In this document: positions 32,714-42,769 of the stretch, piece after piece
Numbering within the stretch: position 1 is the first letter of the stretch
Layout: each line of letters opens with the position of its first letter
Assembly (NCBI GenBank): GCA_963710375.1
Contig: CAVPZX010000001.1
Span: forward strand, 76,210-140,209
Source of the DNA: Nitrospirota bacterium
GTDB lineage: Bacteria; Nitrospirota; Thermodesulfovibrionia; Thermodesulfovibrionales; Dissulfurispiraceae
Direction of reading: 5' to 3'
DNA length: 64,000 nt
Notes under the pieces: generated by a model
The model's database searches: none
Told to the model about the DNA's origin: nothing
Seen by the model: only the letters and a program-made list of their open reading frames with translations
Translations under genes and position numbers: made by a program

Positions 32714-34698
32714 TACTTTCCGGCTCCTTTGTCCTCGATCAGCTTGTTAAACTTGCCAAGCGCCATTAGAGGGAAACAGTTGCGGTAATTGTGATACCTG
32801 ATCATGAAGTATTTCGGAAATCCGGTACCGGTGAAGAACTCCTCTTCCCAGGTGCCATCCGGCTGCTGTTTATTGAGGAGGTACCTTATGCCGTTATGCA
32901 CTTCCTCGCTGGTACCTTCACCTGCTGCGATCAACGCCAGGATAGCCCACGCTGTCTGTGAAGGGGTGCTCCACCCCTCGCATTTCAAGTGCGCCTGATC
33001 ATACGAATCACAACACTCTCCCCAGCCGCCGTCAATCTTCTGATGGCTTTTAAACCACCTTACTGCTTTTTGCACATAAGGTTTTGACATGTCTTCCCCG
33101 ATTGAGCCCAGGCCGACAAGTACCGAACTGGATCCATAGATGTAATTTACTCCCCATCTGCCCCACCACGTCCCGTCCTCTTCCTGATTCTTTTTCAGGA
33201 ACCGTATAGCCTTGCGCACAATATCGTGTGATGGCGCAAACCCGATTAATCCGAGGAGTTCAAGAACTCTTCCGGTTATATCCGGCGTGCTGGGATCGAT
33301 CATAGCCTCGAGATCTCCGAACGGCAGTTGGTTTAATATCCTCAGGTCATTGTTCACATCAAAGGCGCCCCATCCACCATCCTTTCCGCGCATTCCAAGT
33401 GTCCACCGGAGGCCGCATTGCAAGCTTTCAGGTGTAACAAATGAACGATCAGCATACCTGTTCAAAAGCATCAGCACAACGGCGGTATCATCCACATCCG
33501 GGTACCAGTCATTGTCAAATTCAAATGCCCATCCACCAGGCTGAAGATCAGGCCTCTTGACACTCCAATCGCCCTTGCAGAATACCTGCTTCGAGACAAG
33601 CCACTTGCAGGCAGAGTTAATGGCAGGATGGTCCCTGTCCATACCCGAATACAGCAGTGCGAGCGCGCTCAATGCCGTGTCCCATACAGGAGATATGCAT
33701 GACTGGAGGATCATCTCATCTTCCTTTTCCAATGTAAAGTTTTCGAGGGCCTCGAGTCCTTTTTTGATCGGTTCATATGCTAAGCCATAGCCAAGTGCCG
33801 AAAGCGCGAGTATCGAGTTGACCATTGCCGGCTGGATTCCTCCCCAGTCGCCGCTCGGCTCCTGATGTTCATGTACCCATTGTTCTGTTTTTTTCAGTGC
33901 CTTTTCCCTCAGCGGTCTTACCGGCAGGTCCTCACCCGCTTTTATCAGTTGGTCAAGGATGATAAAAAAACGTTTCCAGGATAAGGGTGATAGTTTTTGC
34001 GTCGTAACCGGCGGTATCTTGCCGGGTTCTTTATAAAGTTCACGCACGCCTGCTTTGTTCGGCAAGGGGCGTGATGGCTTTCGGTCGAGCACTGCAGAGA
34101 GCGGTACAAGTGTAGATCTCGCCCAGCTCGAAAAATTGTAAATATTTATGGGAAACCATGAAGGCAAAAGATTTATCTCCACCGGAATAGATGGAATCGC
34201 CTTCCAGTCGAACTCTCCAAAAAGGGCGAGGAATATTTTCGTGAAAACTCTCGATGCCTCAATGCCCCCTGATTCAAGGATGAAAGCCCTGGCTTTTCTC
34301 AATGGAAGTTCATCAGCTGAAAAGCCGGCAAGTTTCAGCGCGAAGTAGGCCTCGACTGTTGTGCTGAGATCTCCACTCCCGCCCCAGTGTATTGCCCAGG
34401 TGCCGTCGATCCTCTGGTTCTTTAATATGTGTTGTGCTATTTTTTTATCTCTGGCCGCATCTTTTAAGCCAAGGAAATGAAGTAGCATCAGATATTCGGC
34501 GGTAATGGTAACATTCGATTCCAGTTCGTACAGCCAGTACCCGTCTTTATGCTGGTCCTCTATATAATATGCATGAGTTTTCCGTATGGCTTCGCGTATC
34601 CTTTCAGCCAGTCTTTTGGAAGTTAAAACCGGAAGTTTTTCCTTCTCTGGTTTCGCAGGCAGTGACCTGAATTGAAGCCGTGATAATGTACCGCTCAT
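32713..34698 (-). CDS. shc: Squalene-hopene cyclase
   Basis: QW repeats, SPVWDT, YPDVDDTAVV (DxDD), GRWGVNYIYG, FTGTGFP. Confidence 0.97.
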   Translation of the reverse strand: MSGTLSRLQFRSLPAKPEKEKLPVLTSKRLAERIREAIRKTHAYYIEDQHKDGYWLYELESNVTITAEYLMLLHFLGLKDAARDKKIAQHILKNQRIDGTWAIHWGGSGDLSTTVEAYFALKLAGFSADELPLRKARAFILESGGIEASRVFTKIFLALFGEFDWKAIPSIPVEINLLPSWFPINIYNFSSWARSTLVPLSAVLDRKPSRPLPNKAGVRELYKEPGKIPPVTTQKLSPLSWKRFFIILDQLIKAGEDLPVRPLREKALKKTEQWVHEHQEPSGDWGGIQPAMVNSILALSALGYGLAYEPIKKGLEALENFTLEKEDEMILQSCISPVWDTALSALALLYSGMDRDHPAINSACKWLVSKQVFCKGDWSVKRPDLQPGGWAFEFDNDWYPDVDDTAVVLMLLNRYADRSFVTPESLQCGLRWTLGMRGKDGGWGAFDVNNDLRILNQLPFGDLEAMIDPSTPDITGRVLELLGLIGFAPSHDIVRKAIRFLKKNQEEDGTWWGRWGVNYIYGSSSVLVGLGSIGEDMSKPYVQKAVRWFKSHQKIDGGWGECCDSYDQAHLKCEGWSTPSQTAWAILALIAAGEGTSEEVHNGIRYLLNKQQPDGTWEEEFFTGTGFPKYFMIRYHNYRNCFPLMALGKFNKLIEDKGAGK

Positions 34699-35159
34699 AA
34701 GGAGTTCCTTCCCTTTGCGGAACAGTGTATTCCGCTTTCGTTTATGCCCTGGTGATACACGGTCATCCCGTTATCTTCAGATCGCTGCCGGCCATCTAGC
34801 GCCACGAGAATAATGCCCAGAGTGATTACAACAGTCCCGGCCCAGCGAAACCAGGACAGTTCCTCCCTCAGCACAAATTTGGCAAGCATTGCGGCAAAAA
34901 TATATGACATAGCTGTTAAAGGCATTACAAAGCTGAGATCGGCCCACGAGAGGGCGGCGAGGTAGAGGAAGAAAAAACAGGCGAGGAAGACCACCCCGGC
35001 TAACACATATGGGTTTCGGACCACAGACAGTATCAGTTGCCCCCACTGGGAAGGGATGGCAAGGTTTATCTGCCCATTCCTCTTCATTCCGTAGCTTAAT
35101 AAGGTTTCACCTATTGCGGCACTCAAGGTCGCCAATAATATCACGATAAATGTTTTCAC
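34695..35159 (-). CDS. EamA/SMR-like membrane protein
   Basis: Four TMs; ALSWADLSFVMP, L.E......RWAG. Confidence 0.8.
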   Translation of the reverse strand: MKTFIVILLATLSAAIGETLLSYGMKRNGQINLAIPSQWGQLILSVVRNPYVLAGVVFLACFFFLYLAALSWADLSFVMPLTAMSYIFAAMLAKFVLREELSWFRWAGTVVITLGIILVALDGRQRSEDNGMTVYHQGINESGIHCSAKGRNSL

Positions 35160-36127
35160 TGCATCTCCTTTTTGATGTTAAAAATTTTTTTCGGTGCGGT
35201 GAAATCCTTGTACCCGACCGGCAATTTATGTAATTCTTTTATAAGATTACGCACACTGGGGGAGACTAACGCTGCAAGTTCACGTCAACCGGCAGGTGTT
35301 GCAGTATCCGGGTGAGTGAATATTTCACTTATCTCTGTACCGGCAAGCTCCAGAATATCAAGGAAAAACTGCTCATCAATGTTTCCGCTGCTTGAAAGAC
35401 CGCAAACACGGTCCGCACTTAACATCCCGTATTTACGGGCTGTCCCGGAGTTGTATTTTCCGAGCATACCGAAGACCGCCCATTCGACAAAAGGCAGGGA
35501 CCCGCGCGACGGAGAGCGGAATGTCTTAACCATTGAAAGCGGCTCATTGGGGAGCCTGACCCAGCAAATGTCTCTCCGGAATGCCTGACGGCAAAGCACT
35601 TCGAAAATAACCGGGTGCATATGAAGATGATGATGGCCGTCCACATGGTGAGGGCGGATACCGGCCCTCTCAAGGCGCTCGAACTGAGCCGCCACTTCAG
35701 CCTCGATCTGTGCGAGGAGGCCTGGTCTCGTATAGTGCAGCCCGGCACGAAAAGGATCTTTTATGAAGTTGCCGTCATGATCTGTAATATCCGGTATAGA
35801 CGCATGGGGCAACACAGCTTTGCCGTCGCAAAGTGTTAAGTGCAGCCCTATTGAGAGCCGGCTGCGGTCAAGAGCGGTCTGCACCGCGTCATCAAAAGCC
35901 TCTCCCCCTGCCATAATGCTTGCGGCAGTAAGTATCCCCTTATCATGGGCTTCGGCGATAGCCCGGTTGACTGACGCCGATTTGCCCATATCGTCGGCAA
36001 CAATAACCACACAGCCTTTACCCTTGAAATTCAAATCGGAACGTGTCTCCTGACGGGCCTGGTATCGGGAACCGGCTGCGCCGTCAAACCCGCCATAAGA
36101 AGGGGGGTTCAGTAATAGGGTACGCAT
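35156..36127 (-). pseudogene. hpnK: hpnJ N-terminal remnant fused in frame to hpnK (YdjC-family deacetylase), with a premature TGA
   Basis: The first ~30 aa (MRTLLLNPPSYGGFDGAAGSRYQARQETRS) match the HpnJ N-terminus, followed by ADDMG, GLHL, DGHHHLH, THP. In-frame TGA at 35285-35287, then RELAALVSPSVR... to a stop at 35156-35158. Confidence 0.85.
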
Positions 36128-36259
36128 TTTTCTCCTCTTGTTTGAGAGCATCTTTACAAAAAAAGTTAGATGGAAATTTTTTAATAAGTGCAATATATCC
36201 TAATGACTTAAGACTAATAATTTATTATAGTATACTGTTTTTTTGCAAGTTTAAGAAGC

Positions 36260-38923
36260 CTACTTGTTAATTTGTTGGTCTGGAGCGGGTCGGCGCTTTG
36301 AAAGTTGAAGTAAAGCCGGCAGTAAGACAAGCGTTCCGGCTATGACAAAACATAGACATATGCTAAGCAATTTACCCATACTCGCAATCCCGCGGTGAAG
36401 TGAGAAAGAGAGACTGCCGGTACTGATGAGCAGCGTAAACGAACTGAACAGTATAGCACGGGCCGTGCTTGTTTTAAGCATATTGCCATGCAGCGGAGGT
36501 TCTGTTTGAGCACGGAGCATGAAAATAATGCCGCTGTGGACGCCGATGCCCAACAAGACCGGCACTACAATAACGTTGGCGAAATTCAGGGGGATGTGCA
36601 GCAAAACAGATGCCGCGGCAGTCATCAGCATTGCCAGCAAAAGTGGAGTAAGAATAAGTCCAGTAACAAAAATGTCCCTTAATTCAACCATGAGGAATAT
36701 GGTAATGACTATTATTGCCGAGACAGTGGCCTGCTGAAATGATGTAATAACAGCCCTGCCAGATTCTTGGATGGTGATCGGCGAATCGGTAGCGTCCGGT
36801 GTTACAGAGTACACGGCCTTAACGAAGCGTTTGAGCGGGCCCGGCTTCATAATATCTTCGCCCGGGAATACCTGGACGCGATAGCGCCCGTCCGGTGATA
36901 CATACTGGTTTAACAGTTGGCTGGGCAGACTGGATTCCGTAACAGCTGTCGCTTTCATTGATTCCGCAAGCATATCGAATAACGCCGGAAGACCGGACAG
37001 CATGCTGGTTTCCAGCTCTGAAAAAGCCATCGCGCCCTGCTCCCTGCCGGTATGGCGCTGCGTGAAACGCTGTATTGATTCATAGAGACGACGGCTTGAT
37101 GCAAGCGGTGATTTCTCCAGTGTTTTTTCAAGGCGTTTAAGGGCAGACATATTCTGATCATAACTGAGGTGTCTCACTTTTGCATTAGCCAGGTTTGGCG
37201 GCATGAAAAGGGAGGCGTCCGAAATGATGCTTAGCTTTTCGGTCTGGTGGTCAGGTATGAAGTCTGAGATGGAGATGACCATCTTTACTTCTTTAAGACG
37301 CCTCAATTTTTCGGCGAGGGCATGCGCTGACGCCTTTCCCCGTACGAGTATCGAAGCGGTCCATGGCTGTGTGTTGACATCATTGCAAAGCTCGCGGACA
37401 GTAATTACGCATTCAGAAGATTCCTGGTAAAGATCCAGGGGGTTATAGTCAAAAAAAACTTTAGGCGCTATCACGATCGAAAGTGCTCCAAGAACAACGG
37501 CTGCACCGGCTATGGGCGCCGGATAGCGGTAGGGGAGGGAGACAAGAGTTTCCATGAATGATGATAAGGGACGCTTTTCTTTTTTCCGCACCGGGGCAAT
37601 AGTCAGTAACGCGGGCAGCAGTGTAAGCGTTGCAAAAAGGCTGATAAACATCCCGGTCCCGGATATGAGGCCGAGCTCGGCGACGCCGGAATAAGCAGTC
37701 GGCACAAATGAATAAAAGCCGACGGCAATGGTTATGCAGCTCAGCATAAGGCTTTTGCCCACACCCCTGGCAGCAGCTATAATGCCTTCCCGGTCCCCGT
37801 ATCCGGAATCGACCAGCTCCTTGTACCTGAGGCAGAACTGGATGCAGTAATCTATTCCGAGGCCGATGAACAATACTGCAAAGGTAATGGATATCAGGTT
37901 AAGACTGCCGATTGCGAGGATGGCAAAACCGGTTGTCCATATAAGCCCTGTCAGCAGAGTTGCAAGGCTTGACGCCACGAGGCGTCCGGAGCCCCCAAGG
38001 CCCACATATAAGATAATGCCTACCAAAATAAGCGAGACTATTGTTGCAGCGCCTGTGCTGTTTCTCACTTCATCCATGTTCTCCTGGGCCAGCGCAGTAT
38101 CACCGGTAATGTGCACAGTGACGCCGTGGGCCTCATCGATTCCGAGCTGCCGGGCTATACCATGTACCGCTTTCAGGGCTTTCTCACCTGGAGAGAATTC
38201 CGATGCCTTAAAGACCGGCTGCGTTATGATAAACTGCCGGCGCTGGGCAGCGGTTTCCTTACTGCCGAGCATCATCTCCTCCCATGATATTTGGCGGGGC
38301 TTTCCGGCATTGATGCTGTCAAATGCGTCGGTCACCCGGTCAAGCAGTTTGTTCACAGTGCCGCCTTGAGCACCGCCTAACTCCTTTCGTGTCAAGGCCA
38401 TTTCCAGTATAGAGAAAAGTCCGCGTGAACTGAGGTCCTGCGACAGGAATGCCAGAAACGGTTGCGCCCCGGCAAGCTTATCAGAAAGTTGTCCCAGTTC
38501 TGCGCTGCTCAGGTAGAGGAGACCGTTTCTTTCAAAAAACTCTCCCCCTCCAGGCTCATAAACGTTTATGAAGAGAGTATGTTCTTTCCTTAACTCTGAG
38601 GCAAGACGATTCCTCGCCCACATTGCATGTTCCGGTGTATCTGCATCGAGCACAATAACAATTGTATTGGAGAGTTGTGGGAAGGACTTGTCAAAATCCA
38701 TTTGCAGTTTACGGAAGTGCAGTTTATTTGAAATCATACTATTGAAGTCGGTATTAATTCTAAAATTCCGCACGGAATAAAAGAGCACTCCGGCAGTGGC
38801 AGCTATAACAATGGCTATGACCGGAAATGCGTTGCGCTGCATGAGGGCGGCCCACCACACTATAATGCGCGTTGAACGTCGAGCGCCGGGTACCGGGCGC
38901 TCAGCACATTTGTCCCTGCTCAT
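36260..38923 (-). CDS. hpnN: Hopanoid MMPL/RND transporter
   Basis: FFERNGLLYL, LFIGLGIDY, ELGLISGTGM, STARA, HRGIASMG; lies in the hopanoid cluster. Confidence 0.92.
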   Translation of the reverse strand: MSRDKCAERPVPGARRSTRIIVWWAALMQRNAFPVIAIVIAATAGVLFYSVRNFRINTDFNSMISNKLHFRKLQMDFDKSFPQLSNTIVIVLDADTPEHAMWARNRLASELRKEHTLFINVYEPGGGEFFERNGLLYLSSAELGQLSDKLAGAQPFLAFLSQDLSSRGLFSILEMALTRKELGGAQGGTVNKLLDRVTDAFDSINAGKPRQISWEEMMLGSKETAAQRRQFIITQPVFKASEFSPGEKALKAVHGIARQLGIDEAHGVTVHITGDTALAQENMDEVRNSTGAATIVSLILVGIILYVGLGGSGRLVASSLATLLTGLIWTTGFAILAIGSLNLISITFAVLFIGLGIDYCIQFCLRYKELVDSGYGDREGIIAAARGVGKSLMLSCITIAVGFYSFVPTAYSGVAELGLISGTGMFISLFATLTLLPALLTIAPVRKKEKRPLSSFMETLVSLPYRYPAPIAGAAVVLGALSIVIAPKVFFDYNPLDLYQESSECVITVRELCNDVNTQPWTASILVRGKASAHALAEKLRRLKEVKMVISISDFIPDHQTEKLSIISDASLFMPPNLANAKVRHLSYDQNMSALKRLEKTLEKSPLASSRRLYESIQRFTQRHTGREQGAMAFSELETSMLSGLPALFDMLAESMKATAVTESSLPSQLLNQYVSPDGRYRVQVFPGEDIMKPGPLKRFVKAVYSVTPDATDSPITIQESGRAVITSFQQATVSAIIVITIFLMVELRDIFVTGLILTPLLLAMLMTAAASVLLHIPLNFANVIVVPVLLGIGVHSGIIFMLRAQTEPPLHGNMLKTSTARAILFSSFTLLISTGSLSFSLHRGIASMGKLLSICLCFVIAGTLVLLPALLQLSKRRPAPDQQINK

Positions 38924-39000
38924 TAACTCACCAGTATTTCAAAAAGAATTTTTTTAAAGTATAATTTATAATAATAACATAACGCTGAACTGGGGGGTCG

Positions 39001-39666
39001 ATGCCATACGCTGAACGTACAAAGCTGTGCACACAACGCTCACTTGCTGCGCGGTTTGCGGGGTTTATTCTTTTGGTAGCTTTTTCCTGCACTGCAGTAT
39101 GTTATTCTTTTGCAGCCGCAGAGCCTCCGGTACCGGCAGAGGTCATTAAGGGATTCAATGCTGTACTTCTGGAATCCATGAAGAGGGCTGGTGAACTCGG
39201 CTATGCCGGACGCTATAAGCTCATGGAGCCGGTCATTACAGAGGCTTTTGCCATTCCCTTTATGGGGAGAGCTACTGTAGGCAGCAACTGGAAGACCTTT
39301 AATGATAAACAGAAGCAAACTTTTCTGGAGACTTACACTGAATGGACAATTGCATCGTATGCGGGGCAATTTAATGGTTATTCGGGAGAGAGTTTTGAAA
39401 TAGTTTCAGAATCAAAACCTGTCAGTGGCGTTGTGACTGTTGTCAGCAAGCTCATTCAGTCTAATGACGAGCACGTCGATTTCTACTACCAGCTGCGGAA
39501 GGTCGATGGCTTATGGCGCATTGTGGATATAAAAATTTTGGGCGTGAGCCAGCTTGCTCTGACACGGGTACAGTTTGTAAGTATAATTAAAACCAAAGGG
39601 TTTGATGCCTTGATCGCTATGCTTAAAAATAAAACCGACAATTTCTCCAGGAGAGCGGAAAAATAG
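39001..39666 (+). CDS. hpnM: HpnM/MlaC (Ttg2D)-like lipid-shuttle protein
   Basis: YAGQFNGYSGE, WRIVDI...GVSQLA..R..F. Confidence 0.85.
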   Translation: MPYAERTKLCTQRSLAARFAGFILLVAFSCTAVCYSFAAAEPPVPAEVIKGFNAVLLESMKRAGELGYAGRYKLMEPVITEAFAIPFMGRATVGSNWKTFNDKQKQTFLETYTEWTIASYAGQFNGYSGESFEIVSESKPVSGVVTVVSKLIQSNDEHVDFYYQLRKVDGLWRIVDIKILGVSQLALTRVQFVSIIKTKGFDALIAMLKNKTDNFSRRAEK

Positions 39667-39733
39667 GGTTGCGGATTGCCTGACGTTGCCTACGAGTAAA
39701 AATTAAAATTGTGGAATTAGGGGAGGAATAACT

Positions 39734-40498
39734 GTGAAGGGACTCCGCATCATGCTAATAATGATCATTTTGTTATCAATGGCAGCGTCTGCCTATTCGC
39801 AGACACCGTTTACCGGTCTTTTGGGGGATGGTGCGAAACCAAAGGGGGAGGCTGTCGAAAATGAGAACGAAACAGAACAACTTTCCGAAGGTGAAACTCT
39901 CCCTGATCCTCTTGAGCCATGGAACCGTTTTGCTTTTAATTTTAATGACAGAATGTACTTCTGGTTCATGAAACCTGCGGCCCGCGGCTACAACGCTGTG
40001 GTGCCCGAGGTAGCAAGAACAGGGATTAACAATTTTTTCCGCAATCTTGAGATGCCGATAAGGTTTGTGAATGCCGTTCTTCAGGGACAGCCGAAGGCAG
40101 CCGGCATAGAACTGGTCCGCTTCACCCTGAACAGTTCTATGGGCATCGGCGGTCTGATTGATATAATGAAACGGAACCCCAACTTTCAGCCTCAGGAGAA
40201 GGATACGGGTCAGACGTTAGGAAAGTATGGCATAGGAAATGGTTTATATATTGTCTGGCCTTTTTTGGGCCCTTCAACTATCAGAGACACGGTTGGCCTT
40301 GTAGGCGACGGCTTCCTGACGCCAATAGATTATATAACGCCGGTCGAGGATATGCTGGGTGTCAACGCATCTGACTATTTCAATAAAACGTCATTGCATA
40401 TCGGTGAGTATGAGGATTTTAAGGAAGCGGCCATCGACCCTTACATAGCGTTAAAAGATGCGTATCTCCAGCACCGGAAATATATGCTAGGCCGGTAG
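39734..40498 (+). CDS. mlaA: VacJ/MlaA family protein
   Basis: DPLEPWNR..F.FND, RFTLNS..GIGG..D, D.GQTLG..G, GPSTIRD, DPY..LKDAY.Q. Confidence 0.92.
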   Translation: MKGLRIMLIMIILLSMAASAYSQTPFTGLLGDGAKPKGEAVENENETEQLSEGETLPDPLEPWNRFAFNFNDRMYFWFMKPAARGYNAVVPEVARTGINNFFRNLEMPIRFVNAVLQGQPKAAGIELVRFTLNSSMGIGGLIDIMKRNPNFQPQEKDTGQTLGKYGIGNGLYIVWPFLGPSTIRDTVGLVGDGFLTPIDYITPVEDMLGVNASDYFNKTSLHIGEYEDFKEAAIDPYIALKDAYLQHRKYMLGR

Positions 40499-40576
40499 TA
40501 TAAGGGCCAGCGGATAAATATTAACCTGTAAATACAATGAGTTGATGTGATTCTTGCCTGATCGGAACTTAACTGC

Positions 40577-40603
40577 TAAAGTTTATTCATAAGTGGCCGA
40601 TAA
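40577..40603 (+). promoter_or_regulatory. sigma28 (FliA) promoter
   Basis: TAAA-N15-GCCGATAA exact consensus; a second GCCGATAA at 40612-40619. Confidence 0.85.
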
Positions 40604-40669
40604 CTTAAGTAGCCGATAAAGCGTCTTAATTTAGTAGAATGATAAAGTCATAGCGAAAGGAGAAATACA

Positions 40670-40984
40670 ATGCAAATTCCCGCGAACACACCGATAACGG
40701 CAGGGCATGGCATACTCGATATAAATTCACCAAAACAGACCACGCCGACCCCTGAAACAACAGGGGAGGACACTGTAAAGCTTTCGACTTATGCCAGGGC
40801 CAAACAACTCAAGTCACAGGGAGCAAGCAATTCAGTGATTGCCGCCCAACTGGGCCTGAGTGCTAAAACTGTAGAAAGTTACTTCGGGACTCCGAATGCC
40901 GAAGCAGCGGCTACAACTCCTCAGCCTTTTACCCCTGCGCACGAAGCAGTACAAAACACTGCTGTGAAAAAAGAAATAAAATAA
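40670..40984 (+). CDS. Small protein with an FlgM-like DTVKLS motif and an HTH-like segment
   Basis: AAGGAG RBS; EDTVKLS, then QGASNSVIAAQLGLSAKTVESY. Confidence 0.75.
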   Translation: MQIPANTPITAGHGILDINSPKQTTPTPETTGEDTVKLSTYARAKQLKSQGASNSVIAAQLGLSAKTVESYFGTPNAEAAATTPQPFTPAHEAVQNTAVKKEIK

Positions 40985-41006
40985 TTATAGGTTTCAACAT
41001 TCGGGG

Positions 41007-41042
41007 AAATGGATATGTCTAAAAGGCCTATCCATTTTTTTT
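41007..41042 (+). terminator. Intrinsic terminator
   Basis: AAATGGATA..TATCCATTT stem followed by a T run. Confidence 0.65.
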
Positions 41043-41182
41043 GTGCTGTATTTTCTGTCGAAAAAGGGGCATGTTACCGGACTTGCTATTCAACAACCAT
41101 TCAGCCGAATTCTTATATTATAGCACTGCACATAAAATCTTAATAGCTTTACAAGTTACAAAAAATTAGGTAATCTTAAATC

Positions 41183-41360
41183 AGAAGAGGGGATTAAGAA
41201 ATCCCTGAGACGGCAAGCCCGAAGAAACGAAAACAGTAAGGGAGCGGGTGAGGGATGTGGTGAGCAAGCCCCCAGAAGCGAGGGGGAGGCCTGAAACATC
41301 CACCGAAGCCCCCAAGTATTGAAAGAGCTTGGGTAAGCGTCTCAGGGAAACTTTCTTGGA
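41183..41360 (+). ncRNA. ssrS: 6S RNA
   Basis: Closing stem TCCCTGAGACG/CGTCTCAGGGA, A-rich central bulge, GGTGAGCA..GCCTGAAAC apical motifs, TTGAA 3' bulge; TTTACA-N17-TAATCT promoter upstream. Confidence 0.82.
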
Positions 41361-41492
41361 GCCATACTGATAGAAGGCGGCATGTAGGCGTTCTGGATGC
41401 GGTTAAGAATTGCCAAACGTTAAGACATCGGGCCTATCCAATGAAAATTGGGAAAAAGTATGGCTCTATTTATTTTCTATCGAGCCCTTATG

Positions 41493-42701
41493 CTAAGCAG
41501 TAAATTCGTCAGCCCATTTACAGGCTTCCATGTAGATACCGGGGAGCGCATCCCCAGGGACGCAAGTCTGAGCTGCATACTCCTTAACGTTATCCCAATC
41601 CCCTTTTTCGTATGATTGAGCAAGCCTTAGGTATTTTACCGAGTCCCCCTCTCCATATACCAACGCATCCGAAATATGTTTTGAGATCGATATTTTTTCG
41701 AGGATCTCATTCATAGGTTGATCAAGTATGGCATCCAAATGTGCAAATAGCCCTAACATGAACAGTTCGTCGTGTGTTGTTGCGCAAGTACTTATGTGAC
41801 CCAGCTTTTCACAGAATCTTGCCTTGATGCACGAGCTTCTTATTAATTCGTCCGGCTTGCCCACAGAGACCTTTGACAACAGGATCAGAGAGACCAAACG
41901 TTTTAACTCAACCAGGCCGACAATCATGAGAGCTTTTCTTATCGAATTGATTTCTGCCCTCCTCTTCATAAAAGCTGAATTGACGTATCGCAGAAGTTTA
42001 TATGAGAGAGAAACGTCATGTTCTACGATTTTCTGTATTTCATCCATGTTGACCTCGGCCTTGTTTATTTCAACAACAAGGTTTAACAATTGCACAGTGG
42101 AACCGGTAAGTTCTTTCCCTTTAATGATTTCCGGCATGCTGAAGAAGTTTCCCTGAAAGTATTCAAAGCCCGTATTAAATGCGGCCTTAAACTCTTCAGT
42201 TGTCTCAATCTTCTCCGCGAGAAGCTTCTTCCCTTTCAATTCCGGGTTGCTCACTATTCTTTTTATCTCGTCCATCGGCATTAAACGGAAATCTATTTTA
42301 ATAATGTCTGCAAGTTTTATGAGCGCTTGCATTCCGGGTTTAAATATGAAGTCATCAAGAGCCAGATAATATCCGGCCTTAGATAATTTGCTGCAGGATT
42401 CTATTACCGCTTGATCGGGTTTAACGTCCTCGAGAATTTCCACTACGGTTGATTGAGGTGGGAACATGGAAGGAATATCCGTTAATAATAAGTTCTGCGT
42501 AAAGTTAATGAATGCCCTCTTTCCTCCTGTGATACGTTCGATGCCGATTGTCAAGAAACTGCTCGACAGCACCTTTGATGTAGCCGTATCACCGTCTACT
42601 TGAGGAAAGTAATTGGATAATCCATCCCGAAATAATAGTTCATATGCAAACAACGTTTTTTTTCTGTCTAAAATAGGTTGTCGAGCAACATAAGCATCCA
42701 A
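41493..42701 (-). CDS. EAL-like + HDOD domain protein (YuxH/PdeH type)
   Basis: ARQPI, YELLFR, AFINF, VEILE, ALDDF, IIKID, LAEK, FQG; HDOD SYKLLRYVNS. Confidence 0.9.
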   Translation of the reverse strand: MDAYVARQPILDRKKTLFAYELLFRDGLSNYFPQVDGDTATSKVLSSSFLTIGIERITGGKRAFINFTQNLLLTDIPSMFPPQSTVVEILEDVKPDQAVIESCSKLSKAGYYLALDDFIFKPGMQALIKLADIIKIDFRLMPMDEIKRIVSNPELKGKKLLAEKIETTEEFKAAFNTGFEYFQGNFFSMPEIIKGKELTGSTVQLLNLVVEINKAEVNMDEIQKIVEHDVSLSYKLLRYVNSAFMKRRAEINSIRKALMIVGLVELKRLVSLILLSKVSVGKPDELIRSSCIKARFCEKLGHISTCATTHDELFMLGLFAHLDAILDQPMNEILEKISISKHISDALVYGEGDSVKYLRLAQSYEKGDWDNVKEYAAQTCVPGDALPGIYMEACKWADEFTA

Positions 42702-42769
42702 AGTCTGTTCACCTCAATCGCCGTAACAAACAGCTTAAATTTTCGTAATATTTATCAATTATACCATAT

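Noticed and set aside
35285..35287. Selenocysteine or programmed readthrough at the hpnK TGA
   Set aside because: The position looks like an Arg (CGA>TGA), no evident SECIS hairpin follows, and the gene already carries a deletion scar.
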